From IMG/VR virus record IMGVR_UViG_3300024239_000011, positions 1 to 64,000 of that record: a DNA stretch of 64,000 nt. One strand, given 5' to 3'. Position 1 is the stretch's first letter. Every line of letters begins with the position of its first letter. Under the pieces are notes generated by a model that did not search any database, was not told where the DNA came from, and saw only the letters and a program-made list of their open reading frames with translations. Positions 18,877-27,219 of the stretch are shown here, in pieces. The position numbers and the translations under genes are program-made.

Positions 18877-19263
18877 TTAGCGGGATGGAAAATACTGTTC
18901 AGCGCGTTGCCGAACATTATGTTTCGCAGCAAAGTCAAGGAATTGGGCGCGAAAAGCGTCACTCATATTTGCATAACTTTGAGGGTCATACAGACGAATC
19001 TTCCACGTGATTGTACTCCAATCACGGTACCCCTGATTAACGTCGCCTGCATCATCATGGGGATCGCTTTCAGCGATCATCAGGTACGGGGTCAATTCAT
19101 CAGCCGTATCTTTCCGAGCCAGAAAGATGTAGTCGCCCTTATTGATATTCGGGGGGGTCGGCGCACAAAACATTCCACGTTCTTGATGGAAGGTCATTTG
19201 CCCACGATAGGCAGCGACATAAAAGCGCAGACCGGCGTTGGTGCAATCAAAAATCATGGACAT
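18877..19263 (-). CDS. hypothetical protein
   Basis: ORF behind a TTGACT-N17-TATCAT promoter. Confidence 0.65.
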   Translation of the reverse strand: MSMIFDCTNAGLRFYVAAYRGQMTFHQERGMFCAPTPPNINKGDYIFLARKDTADELTPYLMIAESDPHDDAGDVNQGYRDWSTITWKIRLYDPQSYANMSDAFRAQFLDFAAKHNVRQRAEQYFPSR

Positions 19264-19361
19264 GATGACACCTTAGTTGTTCTATACCTATGATAGCAAA
19301 TTGCTTATGTTTAGTCAAGCCATAAATATTACAATCATTCCATGGAAAACCGTCAAGAAAC

Positions 19362-19714
19362 ATGAAGATCAATGAACTACTCGAAGATACTGCCGCCCAA
19401 ACGTCGCTAATAATTGACCAGATTATTGAGTGAGTTAAACAAGGTGTAACCAATGTTCATGTGCGCGTTATGCTATCGTTGACAGCCCCGGTTTTGTCGA
19501 TTGGGCGAAACAGAAAGGCTTTGACGGCGCCATCCATATGGACGTGTTTGATGTGGGGCAGCGATTAGCACCGGAATTGTTAGGGAAGGGTGAGGTGCGC
19601 GGTTTGAGTGACAACAATCATGTCACTTGCCGCCCGTTCTACTGGTGGCAGATCAAGTCGGTGTTCAACAAGGGGACGTGGAGCAAGGAAGGCGACATAA
19701 CAGAGTCGCGCTAA
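19362..19714 (+). pseudogene. relic of a leader-bearing ART-PolyVal-like gene
   Basis: MKINELLED... stops at 19433; another frame encodes YAIVDSPGFVDWAKQKGFDG...QIKSVFNKGTWSKEGDITESR, matching the C-terminus of 40805-41791; ATAAATA at 19322. Confidence 0.6.
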
Positions 19715-19716
19715 AA

Positions 19717-19763
19717 TGCAAAAGCCGCACGGGAAGTGGCTGGGAAACCATCCGTGCGGCTTT
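19717..19763. terminator. bidirectional terminator
   Basis: 12-bp perfect stem aaagccgcacgg/ccgtgcggcttt. Confidence 0.65.
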
Positions 19764-19831
19764 ACTGCAACCCCGCCCGTGGGCGGTGAAGGAGAACGGC
19801 GGTAAGGCGAACCGTCATGAAACCCCTTCCG

Positions 19832-19904
19832 GGGCAGAGACAGGATTTGAACCTGTGACCCTTCGCGTGATAGGCGAATGCTCAACCAACTGAGCTACTA
19901 CTGA
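19832..19904 (-). tRNA. degenerate tRNA-Asp-like gene, anticodon ATC
   Basis: D arm gctc/gagc, anticodon arm ttcgc-CTATCAC-gcgaa, T arm acagg-TTCAAAT-cctgt; mismatched acceptor stem, no encoded CCA; own TTGACA-N17-TATAAG promoter (19938-19966). Confidence 0.65.
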
Positions 19905-19997
19905 AATGACAATCAGTTCCGCCGTTCTCTGAGGACACTTATAGCCCAGGTCGAGAGATGTGTCAATAAGAAAAATCAACAACGACTAAATATGGCT

Positions 19998-20537
19998 ATG
20001 CGCCTTAATGACCTATACGAATCCGCTTATAGCTATCAAACGACCTATTGGTTTAATCCCCGAACCAATGAGGTCATTTCTGCTGATAATCACGGCACCG
20101 TGGTTATGACTGATCCATCAAATTTTGAAATTGATTCCGCCATCGTTGATCAGATGTGGAATTGTTTTGATCAAGACGATGGTTCATCGAACGATGACGC
20201 AAAATTACCATCCGAACTTGTCGTCGGTTGGCCGCCTTATGGTCGGTGGAATGAGGATGATGCGTGGGAACAATTGGCGATGAATCGGGGCTGGGTTCGT
20301 GTTGGTGAAGGGGGATCGTCGTATGCATCATATTTTAGCGCCAGTACATGCGACGCAATTTGGACAGCAGTGCGCTATGTAACCAACAATGGCAATCCCG
20401 GTATTGGCGTGGAAATCGAAATCAGTCGATCATCCGGGGCAATGTATGGGAAATTAAGTCTCGATTCCCTTGATAAATTTATCAAGGGTGGCGCCCGGCG
20501 AGCAGAAGAGTTTCTGCGACGGAATCTAAGCAACTAA
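19998..20537 (+). CDS. leader-bearing hypothetical protein (MRLNDLYES)
   Basis: CTAAATA 5 nt before ATG 19998. Confidence 0.7.
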   Translation: MRLNDLYESAYSYQTTYWFNPRTNEVISADNHGTVVMTDPSNFEIDSAIVDQMWNCFDQDDGSSNDDAKLPSELVVGWPPYGRWNEDDAWEQLAMNRGWVRVGEGGSSYASYFSASTCDAIWTAVRYVTNNGNPGIGVEIEISRSSGAMYGKLSLDSLDKFIKGGARRAEEFLRRNLSN

Positions 20538-20538
20538 C

Positions 20539-20994
20539 ATGGACAAGCTCGCCCAACTTGAACATCTGATCGGAAATAAAGCATCCCTTGATCCTGTATT
20601 CTGGGAAGGCATGCTCCGGTTGTTGGAGATTAAGGAAAATTGCGTATTTCCCATGCAGACCGTCTCCAAGGGAGAAATTATTTTTGACGAAGGGGATACT
20701 GGTGACGTTGCTTATGCTATTCAGCAGGGCGAAGTTCATATCATGAAACGTCATGGAGATCATGAAACAACACTAAGTGTGTTACGTGACAATGATTTCT
20801 TCGGGGAAATGGCATTGATTGATGGCAAACCCAGAAGTGCATCTGCGGTGGCTACGACAGATTCCGTATTAATTGTGGTTTCACGAGAACAATTTATTCA
20901 TCGCCTTGAGCAATATGATCCCATGCTCAAATGCATAATGAAGCGGTTAGTCGAGGTTATTCGGCGTCTTGATGACGCATTGTGTGCCAATTAG
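20539..20994 (+). CDS. stand-alone cyclic-nucleotide-binding (cNMP/CAP-ED) domain protein
   Basis: GEIIFDEGD...AYAIQQGEV...FFGEMALIDGKPRSASA phosphate-binding cassette; no HTH. Confidence 0.88.
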   Translation: MDKLAQLEHLIGNKASLDPVFWEGMLRLLEIKENCVFPMQTVSKGEIIFDEGDTGDVAYAIQQGEVHIMKRHGDHETTLSVLRDNDFFGEMALIDGKPRSASAVATTDSVLIVVSREQFIHRLEQYDPMLKCIMKRLVEVIRRLDDALCAN

Positions 20995-21212
20995 TTCAGA
21001 TAATGTGGCACCACGGTAAAGGAATCTCTTGCCGTATAGAAATCCTCGAAACGGTCGATTTCGATTTCTCGATCACCATGGGTTAAAATCGTTACAAATC
21101 CGGTATCACCCAGACGAATTTTTCCCAAAACAATCCCAGAATAAACTTCCTTAACCACCCACGAGGTGATTGGATTTGCGCGAAAATCCTCGGCAATCGC
21201 ATGGATATCCAT
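20991..21212 (-). CDS. hypothetical protein
   Basis: GGAGA RBS; convergent overlap. Confidence 0.6.
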   Translation of the reverse strand: MDIHAIAEDFRANPITSWVVKEVYSGIVLGKIRLGDTGFVTILTHGDREIEIDRFEDFYTARDSFTVVPHYLN

Positions 21213-21273
21213 GATAATCTCCGTATCAAATCTATACTGAATGTAAAGGTTATTACATCTGAAGTCAAGGGAT

Positions 21274-21510
21274 TCAGGCTGGTTTTCGTGTTTTCTTTAA
21301 TGTTAAATATTCATCTTCCCAAATATAAACAAGATTGTACATTTTCAATATTTTGTAATTTTACCATTGTAGATGCAAATATCCCCAAAAGTTTGCTTTG
21401 AACGTGTGTTTGTCTTGCCCGGTGGGAAAATACGTGGATTGCCATGCCAGTAATACCAAGGAATTCATATTAGTTTTTGGATCATAACCATCAACTTTAT
21501 AATAATTACC
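21274..21510 (-). pseudogene. decayed Vsr-like/PD-(D/E)XK homing endonuclease fragment
   Basis: Fragments YKVDGYDPKTN / YEFLG / YWHGNP / YNLVYIWEDEY in shifting frames. Confidence 0.6.
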
Positions 21511-21528
21511 ATTAGCCTGCCTTGTGGT

Positions 21529-22026
21529 TTATTTCTTGCGACGCTGGCGCGGTTTCGTTGGAATAGTTCCTTGATGGCATATTTGGGTTTCATCCATTAC
21601 CCTGAACGTCATGTTATTTTTTGCGGCAAATGCCATCGCAGCTTGCCATTTGGCATGATTTACAAGGATTGCTGCTTTATCACGCTTGCTGCGAGTTTCG
21701 TAAATAGATTTAGCGAAACCAGTTTCTTTAAGTGGTTTGATTTCAATAATTTCAGCATGTTGTTTACCATCTTTATCAACATATACAATCACATAATCAG
21801 GTATGTAAATTGTATGACGCCCGGTGAGTGGATTTTGATAAGGAATTTGAAGGGATTCGCTTGACCAATATAATATCGAGGGATGTTTGTCGAACAACAT
21901 ACAGGCGTGTAATTCAAGACCTGACCGATAATATATCGGATATGTCCCGATATATTTCTCCGGGTTTCGTGGGGTAAATTCGCCCTGGCGGTATTTGTCA
22001 GGATTATTTGGTATGTGTTTCGCCAT
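21529..22026 (-). CDS. head completion nuclease, T4 gp4-like (TnsA-like)
   Basis: G.FTPRNPEKY.G...YRSGLE...WSSE...IPY..P......YIPD...IEIKP. Confidence 0.85.
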   Translation of the reverse strand: MAKHIPNNPDKYRQGEFTPRNPEKYIGTYPIYYRSGLELHACMLFDKHPSILYWSSESLQIPYQNPLTGRHTIYIPDYVIVYVDKDGKQHAEIIEIKPLKETGFAKSIYETRSKRDKAAILVNHAKWQAAMAFAAKNNMTFRVMDETQICHQGTIPTKPRQRRKK

Positions 22027-22038
22027 ATAGCCCTCGCC

Positions 22039-22058
22039 TAAATAGTTTCAACTATTTA
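22039..22058. promoter_or_regulatory. face-to-face pair of TAAATA late promoters
   Basis: taaatag-tttcaa-ctattta inverted repeat between divergent genes 22026(-) and 22072(+). Confidence 0.6.
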
Positions 22059-22071
22059 TGGGTAAAGGCTC

Positions 22072-22815
22072 ATGCGGTTACATCAGATTATCAATGAAGC
22101 TCGACAGGCACCACTTGTTCACCGTAAGGCGCTTGAACAAGATATTTCGGACAAAGAAATTCTACTCAATCATCCGGCAGTGGTGATTGTCGATAAGGTT
22201 CAGAAGCAACCTGAAAACGGTCTTGGAACGGTTTACCGAGAGAGCATTAATGAAGTCACTGGGCAGCTTCGAATCAGCAACTCGATGATTCGGAATGCCA
22301 TTGGGTTAAAGGCACAGTGCATCGTGGCAATGGACCCGAAGGACTTCCTCGGATTGACCACCTCGGATCGCGAGGAATACGACCGGATCATTCAGAACGC
22401 CAAGCCGCTTCACCAATATAATCAATGGGCCAAGATTGATGACAACCCCGAATACGGCGAGTTCCTATCCAACCTACGGGGTGAAAAGCAGAGCGCCATG
22501 CGAGTGTGTCCGTTCCTACGTATTATCCTCAGTTTTGAAGGCGGGCGGTATACCGGGTATGTGAAGAGCCATGAGGGGCGCCATCGCGCCGCCGCCGTGA
22601 TGAAGAAGGGCGGGAAGATGATCGCTGCCATTGAGTTAGTCCCGGACGAAACCGTAGATAACCAATTTCCCGGTGTGTACGATCCTACGTACCACCTGAC
22701 ATCCCAACACATCCCGGCGATTTTGTATGGTCAGTACAATGGATCGAAATTGGCGGTGACCAAAGAATGGACCGTCCTCAAGGATGACATGTTGGCAAAG
22801 TATCGCCAGGAATAG
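22072..22815 (+). CDS. leader-bearing protein (MRLHQIINEA) with ParB/Srx-like motif
   Basis: VKSHEGRHRAAA. Confidence 0.55.
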   Translation: MRLHQIINEARQAPLVHRKALEQDISDKEILLNHPAVVIVDKVQKQPENGLGTVYRESINEVTGQLRISNSMIRNAIGLKAQCIVAMDPKDFLGLTTSDREEYDRIIQNAKPLHQYNQWAKIDDNPEYGEFLSNLRGEKQSAMRVCPFLRIILSFEGGRYTGYVKSHEGRHRAAAVMKKGGKMIAAIELVPDETVDNQFPGVYDPTYHLTSQHIPAILYGQYNGSKLAVTKEWTVLKDDMLAKYRQE

Positions 22816-23314
22816 CACGTTGTTCCGCGTAATACGCCGCCTGTTTTCGCGCGAATTCTCGCATCTTCGCGATGAAGTTTGGGCTGTGGTATTCCATGAT
22901 GGGTGGCTGGAACTTTCGTAGCTCGTACCCGTACCGTCTCATAGTCGGGCTGAAAGTTTTTTTGAACCCACCCATGTAGTTTTCGTCATATGCGGTAAGG
23001 ACTAGCACATCTGGTTTATGCTCTCGGATGAACATGACCATTGCTCGGCGCACCCGCGCATAAACTTCCTTGTGCAATCCCTCGTGCGTTCGCTTGGTCC
23101 AGTTAAGCTTACCGCGCCGAAGGGGAGCAAAAAATAACTCGTAGATTACCCATTCATCACAGATGAACTCGCAAATGAATTTCACATGATAGGTGTATTT
23201 GGGGGTAGTGAATTCATAGGTGGGCGGATCGTTAGCCACCTTTGTTGGACGGCTTACGCAATTATTGCCCCGTAGAACGCCCATTTTATTGCCCATGAAA
23301 TCTGAAAATGGCAT
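22778..23314 (-). CDS. hypothetical protein, possibly GNAT-like fold
   Basis: Resembles 39141-39557 (F+...HKPDVLVLTA); start uncertain. Confidence 0.55.
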   Translation of the reverse strand: MPFSDFMGNKMGVLRGNNCVSRPTKVANDPPTYEFTTPKYTYHVKFICEFICDEWVIYELFFAPLRRGKLNWTKRTHEGLHKEVYARVRRAMVMFIREHKPDVLVLTAYDENYMGGFKKTFSPTMRRYGYELRKFQPPIMEYHSPNFIAKMREFARKQAAYYAEQRAIPGDTLPTCHP

Positions 23315-23340
23315 GATAACAAATCATGTGGGAGGATACA

Positions 23341-23736
23341 ATGACAGATATCAATGTTGCTGAACTTTGGGACATTTCAAACGCTGCGAATAAGGCTAAG
23401 GATGATGAAATCGCGGCAGCACGGGCGCGAGATCAAGAAGAACTGGGGGCTGAAGCACGCAAACGTGCGGACAACGTGTTGGCAAAACTTCAGGAAACGC
23501 TCAAGAGTGTCGCCACAAGTGGCAGTTATTCCCATGAAGTGTATAGTTATTCGCGCGGTAAGAATTATCCCAACCCAGCGCCTCGGTATGCCCCAATGGC
23601 ATTAGCGTTGTTGGAGAGTGATCTTCGTGCGCAAGGTTTCAAGACTGATGTTGCCGTATACGAAGATACCCGTGACGGGGATTTGTATGACGAACACATA
23701 TCACTTGTGATCTGTTGGCACCCGAACGCCAAATAA
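23341..23736 (+). CDS. hypothetical protein
   Basis: GGAGG RBS; followed by terminator 23738-23770. Confidence 0.7.
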   Translation: MTDINVAELWDISNAANKAKDDEIAAARARDQEELGAEARKRADNVLAKLQETLKSVATSGSYSHEVYSYSRGKNYPNPAPRYAPMALALLESDLRAQGFKTDVAVYEDTRDGDLYDEHISLVICWHPNAK

Positions 23737-23771
23737 AGAAGGGGCGGTCCTACGGGAGCCGCCCCTTCCGT

Positions 23772-23931
23772 AAACGTGGACCGGACTCGATACCGGCTTC
23801 AAGATCGCGCACCGTCAAACAGACCATCCAAACACAGCACCGCATTCGGGTAGTCCTAAGGTCGTGTCTTCCTCTTGCTATCTCACGATGCTGTTATGGT
23901 GAGCCACGCCCTTCCGTGGAGCCACGTTCAC
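23772..23931 (-). ncRNA. candidate structured RNA (long irregular hairpin with central bubble)
   Basis: Non-coding 160 nt; hand folding gives closing stem aacgtgg/ccacgtt, a bubble and nested stems; followed by a terminator. Confidence 0.35.
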
Positions 23932-23933
23932 CT

Positions 23934-24407
23934 TTACTCTGCGGGAGTTTCCGCAGAAACCTCGGCTCCCGGCGTCGGCGCGGAAGCTTTCTTCTTGACG
24001 TTCACCACCGTCGCAGTGGCACCAACAACGCTGTAGCGGTGTTGGAGGTCCAGAGCCATATTCTTGGCTTCTTCGACCGTGGTGAAGTGGACTGCCAGCC
24101 CAGCATGATCCACGAAGCGGGTCTGAGTTCCGCCCCAATACGCAACCGCCATATTGGGAAGACCCTTGATCTCTACCACAATGCCAGAACCCTTCCGCAT
24201 CGTGTATTCGATCTGATTGCGACGACGCTCTTCGGCGCGACGCTTATTGTCCTGACGACCATTGCGGTTGCGATGGTCGTTATTCTGGGAGGGTTTACCT
24301 TTCCCATCGCGCTTGTCGCCTCTACCGGCGACCTTGGGCGCGGCGTTGACAGCAGTGCTGCTCACTCGCGATGTTCCCTTTCTTTGTTGTGAAGGACGAT
24401 CTATCAC
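23934..24407 (-). CDS. hypothetical protein with basic disordered N-terminus
   Basis: ORF with host-like GC3 codon pattern. Confidence 0.65.
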   Translation of the reverse strand: MIDRPSQQRKGTSRVSSTAVNAAPKVAGRGDKRDGKGKPSQNNDHRNRNGRQDNKRRAEERRRNQIEYTMRKGSGIVVEIKGLPNMAVAYWGGTQTRFVDHAGLAVHFTTVEEAKNMALDLQHRYSVVGATATVVNVKKKASAPTPGAEVSAETPAE

Positions 24408-24545
24408 CAGTAGTTATGCTGGTCAAATTGATTTCGGTTAAAAATGCTTCGAAAACTGAGATTGTTGCATCACCGCCACACCAGTTCTGTTGACATTACC
24501 GCGTTAACTCGCTAAAGTAGTGTTGGTAATTGCTGGAAGATCGCC

Positions 24546-24722
24546 ATGACAAACGCTATCGCTCGCACGCCACCATTGTCGGACAAACGTCCGTATGCAC
24601 AGGGTTGGAATGACTGGTTGGCGTTTGGCGACGCCGCGAACGGCATTCAGCCCGGAGAAGACGGATACGAGGAATATGAGCGCGGAAAGCGCGAAGCGCG
24701 TGACGCTTTCTCCACGAAATAA
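24546..24722 (+). CDS. small protein, weakly ribosome-modulation-factor-like
   Basis: Hand translation MTNAIARTPPLSDKRPYAQGWNDWLAFGDAANGIQPGEDGYEEYERGKREARDAFSTK; TTGACA-N17-TAAAGT upstream; absent from the ORF track. Confidence 0.55.
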   Translation: MTNAIARTPPLSDKRPYAQGWNDWLAFGDAANGIQPGEDGYEEYERGKREARDAFSTK

Positions 24723-24732
24723 GGTTCCCACC

Positions 24733-24978
24733 ATGCAACAACGTTTTCGTATTGGACACCTCGTCCGCATCAACAAGCCGGGCTACGCCGAACATGGACT
24801 GAAAGCCATCATCACTGGTGTGAAAGTCACTGACCAGGGTGTGACTTATATTGCCCCCGTGTGGATGGGGGAACATGGGTCATGGACGCTCGAACCCGTT
24901 TTGGAACGCTTTTTGGTTTCCGAGGACGAGTATCAGGAAATCCGCCGTATGCGGAATAAACCGTGGGATCGAGAATAA
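24733..24978 (+). CDS. small KOW/SH3-like protein
   Basis: FRIGHLVRINKPG...GLKAIITGV. Confidence 0.6.
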   Translation: MQQRFRIGHLVRINKPGYAEHGLKAIITGVKVTDQGVTYIAPVWMGEHGSWTLEPVLERFLVSEDEYQEIRRMRNKPWDRE

Positions 24979-25022
24979 ACGTTTGTGCGATAAGGGCGGG
25001 AACAATCCCGCCCTTAACGTCG

Positions 25023-25364
25023 TCAGATGGGTAAGTTCAGACGATTGAGTGCGTTTAGAGAATCCCAAATTTTGGGACCAAAGGCATTGCTAATCACACC
25101 TTCAAAGATGTAGTGACCCGTGTCGTCGGCTTTTTCGATCCATTCCTCGGGCGATTGAATCACTTCAAACGCACCTTTCACAATGGCATCGAATGCGGCG
25201 AGCTTTTCTTCGATGGTCAGGTTGTGTAGAGCGTTTGAAGTTATCTTACGCCAATCAAGGATGAATTGTTCCTTGATCGTCGCGATCTGGCTCGGATGCG
25301 CGTTGTGCAGTTGTGCCTCGGTGTTTTTCACCAGTTCAAGCAATTGGATATCGATTCGTGACAT
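25023..25364 (-). CDS. hypothetical protein
   Basis: GAGG RBS. Confidence 0.65.
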   Translation of the reverse strand: MSRIDIQLLELVKNTEAQLHNAHPSQIATIKEQFILDWRKITSNALHNLTIEEKLAAFDAIVKGAFEVIQSPEEWIEKADDTGHYIFEGVISNAFGPKIWDSLNALNRLNLPI

Positions 25365-25428
25365 AGTAGCCTCACCTTAAAGGGGTATATGCTCATATCC
25401 CAGGTGAACAGATATGGTCAATGCTAAT

Positions 25429-26064
25429 TTATTTGTCCCGCTCAAACTTCCTCTTGAAGTTGTGTCGCAATCCCTCGTGAGCCAATAGCACACACTCTTC
25501 AAGATAGATGGTCCGATAATACGGGTGATCGTCATAGAACAAAATTTCTTCCTCTCGGGCGAAGAAATTCAGTTCACGGCGTTGCTCGTCGTATTCCCCA
25601 GGCTTAGTATCACCGCACCACGTCATATCATCAAGCGTGCTGGGCACATACAGCATGATCTCCGTGCGGTAAATCGGTTTCTCCACAATCACGCACGGCT
25701 CGATAATAGCGAAATTGCTCGCGGCACCGTAATTCAATGAATAACTGACTATACCATCTGCGCGTAGTGTGAGTTGCCCCTTATTAAGCAAACGATCAAC
25801 TTGATCGGTGGTTAGTTTTATCCCGCGATAGCATGTTTGAGCATTCGGCGGCAGGCGTTTATAGCGTGCCGGGATCGTTACGCTTGGAAGCATTTTTAGC
25901 TGTCGTTTCTTCTCATAGCGCCGATTGACACCGAGCCAGTCTTGAAGCCAGTGCAGCAATGATGCATTTCGTACATATCCCGCACGCGATGGAATGTTGG
26001 GAGTTTGCTTCCCATACATCAAGTCATCGTAGTATTCCCAGTCATCTATTTCATCAAGCCGCAT
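25429..26064 (-). CDS. leader-bearing R-S-E-type ADP-ribosyltransferase-like protein
   Basis: MRLDEIDDWE leader; CYRGI, IVSYSLNYGAASNFA, REEEIL; GTAAATA 5 nt before the ATG. Confidence 0.6.
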   Translation of the reverse strand: MRLDEIDDWEYYDDLMYGKQTPNIPSRAGYVRNASLLHWLQDWLGVNRRYEKKRQLKMLPSVTIPARYKRLPPNAQTCYRGIKLTTDQVDRLLNKGQLTLRADGIVSYSLNYGAASNFAIIEPCVIVEKPIYRTEIMLYVPSTLDDMTWCGDTKPGEYDEQRRELNFFAREEEILFYDDHPYYRTIYLEECVLLAHEGLRHNFKRKFERDK

Positions 26065-26151
26065 GCAGGTATTTACTCATTGTACGTTAAGATTTGACAC
26101 AGGGTTTCGCACTATGTTAAAAATGAGCAAACTTTTTGAGGGGAATAACCC

Positions 26152-26874
26152 ATGCAGAGTAATACAAAGGTGGATGGTAAATCTACCATCCAGGCGTTTG
26201 ACGAAGGTTTGCGTCGTTTTTTGATCAACGTATACAATCTGATGGCGGTGGCGGTTGGGCTGACCGGTATTACCGCCTACGGTCTGGCGCAGAACCCAGA
26301 ACTGGTCAAGGCGATGTTCGATTCGATCATCCCCATGATTTTCTTCTTCGTTCTACCATTTGTCCTGCTTTTTGCCCTCAATGGCGAGCGGGCGCGTAAA
26401 CGATCCCGTGCCACTAATCTGGTACTGTTTGCCCTGTTTGCAGTTTCCATGGGAATCCTGTCGAGTGCCACTGCACTGGTGTATCCAGGGGTGATGGTTG
26501 CCAAGGCATTTCTCGTGTCAGTCGCAGTATTCGCGGGGGCGAGCCTGTACGGCTATACGACCAAAGCCGATCTGACTTCCGTGGGCAGTTTCTTGGTCAT
26601 TGGTTTATGGGGTCTGATCTTTGCAAGCGTTGTCAACCTGTTCCTCGGTTCCACCCTGATGGAATTTGTCATTTCGGTCGCTACTGTGATCGTTTTCACC
26701 GGACTGACTGCGTATGATACCCAGAAGATCAAGGAAACCTATTGCGAAGCCAATGGTTATGACCTATCGCATTATGTGATTATCGCGGCGATGGAACTGT
26801 ATCTCGACTTCCTGAACTTGTTCCTTGCTATCCTGCGCATTTTCGGCATCACGTCGAGCAGTAGCGACGATTAA
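26152..26874 (+). CDS. Bax inhibitor-1/YccA family membrane protein
   Basis: 7 TM; FLINVYNLM, YGYTTKADL, GLTAYDTQKIK, LYLDFLNLF. Confidence 0.9.
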   Translation: MQSNTKVDGKSTIQAFDEGLRRFLINVYNLMAVAVGLTGITAYGLAQNPELVKAMFDSIIPMIFFFVLPFVLLFALNGERARKRSRATNLVLFALFAVSMGILSSATALVYPGVMVAKAFLVSVAVFAGASLYGYTTKADLTSVGSFLVIGLWGLIFASVVNLFLGSTLMEFVISVATVIVFTGLTAYDTQKIKETYCEANGYDLSHYVIIAAMELYLDFLNLFLAILRIFGITSSSSDD

Positions 26875-26988
26875 TTGTCGTCGCAGTGAAAGAAAGAAAA
26901 GGCGGGAGTAATATCCCGCCTTTCGTTTTAGTGGTATTGACAATGTTTGCTCGGGAAGATAGTATTCCATGAGGTATGGAGACAAACC

Positions 26989-27219
26989 ATGGATATCCAA
27001 TACCCCGTCATTGACGTGGAAATCCCCGACAATCTGACCACGCTGCTGGAAAATCTGCAATTGCTTGCGGAATCCACAACATTTCCAATGATCATGTCGG
27101 TTGGGGGCAACCTTCATGGCGTGATCAAGGATAAAGAAGCTCTGGTTTGGTTTGAAATGGGGATGCGCCAGATGTGGAAAATCCTCTGCGAGAGGGACGA
27201 TATCAATGAAACTGTCTGA
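26989..27219 (+). CDS. hypothetical protein
   Basis: GGAGA RBS. Confidence 0.6.
   Translation: MDIQYPVIDVEIPDNLTTLLENLQLLAESTTFPMIMSVGGNLHGVIKDKEALVWFEMGMRQMWKILCERDDINETV

Noticed and set aside
19832-19904. Canonical functional tRNA-Asp
   Set aside because: ATC anticodon, several acceptor-stem mismatches and no CCA; kept only as a degenerate or mimic candidate.
23772-23931. tmRNA or tRNA
   Set aside because: The T-arm-like gccgg-tatcgagt-ccggt has an 8-nt non-canonical loop; there is no acceptor stem/CCA or tag reading frame.
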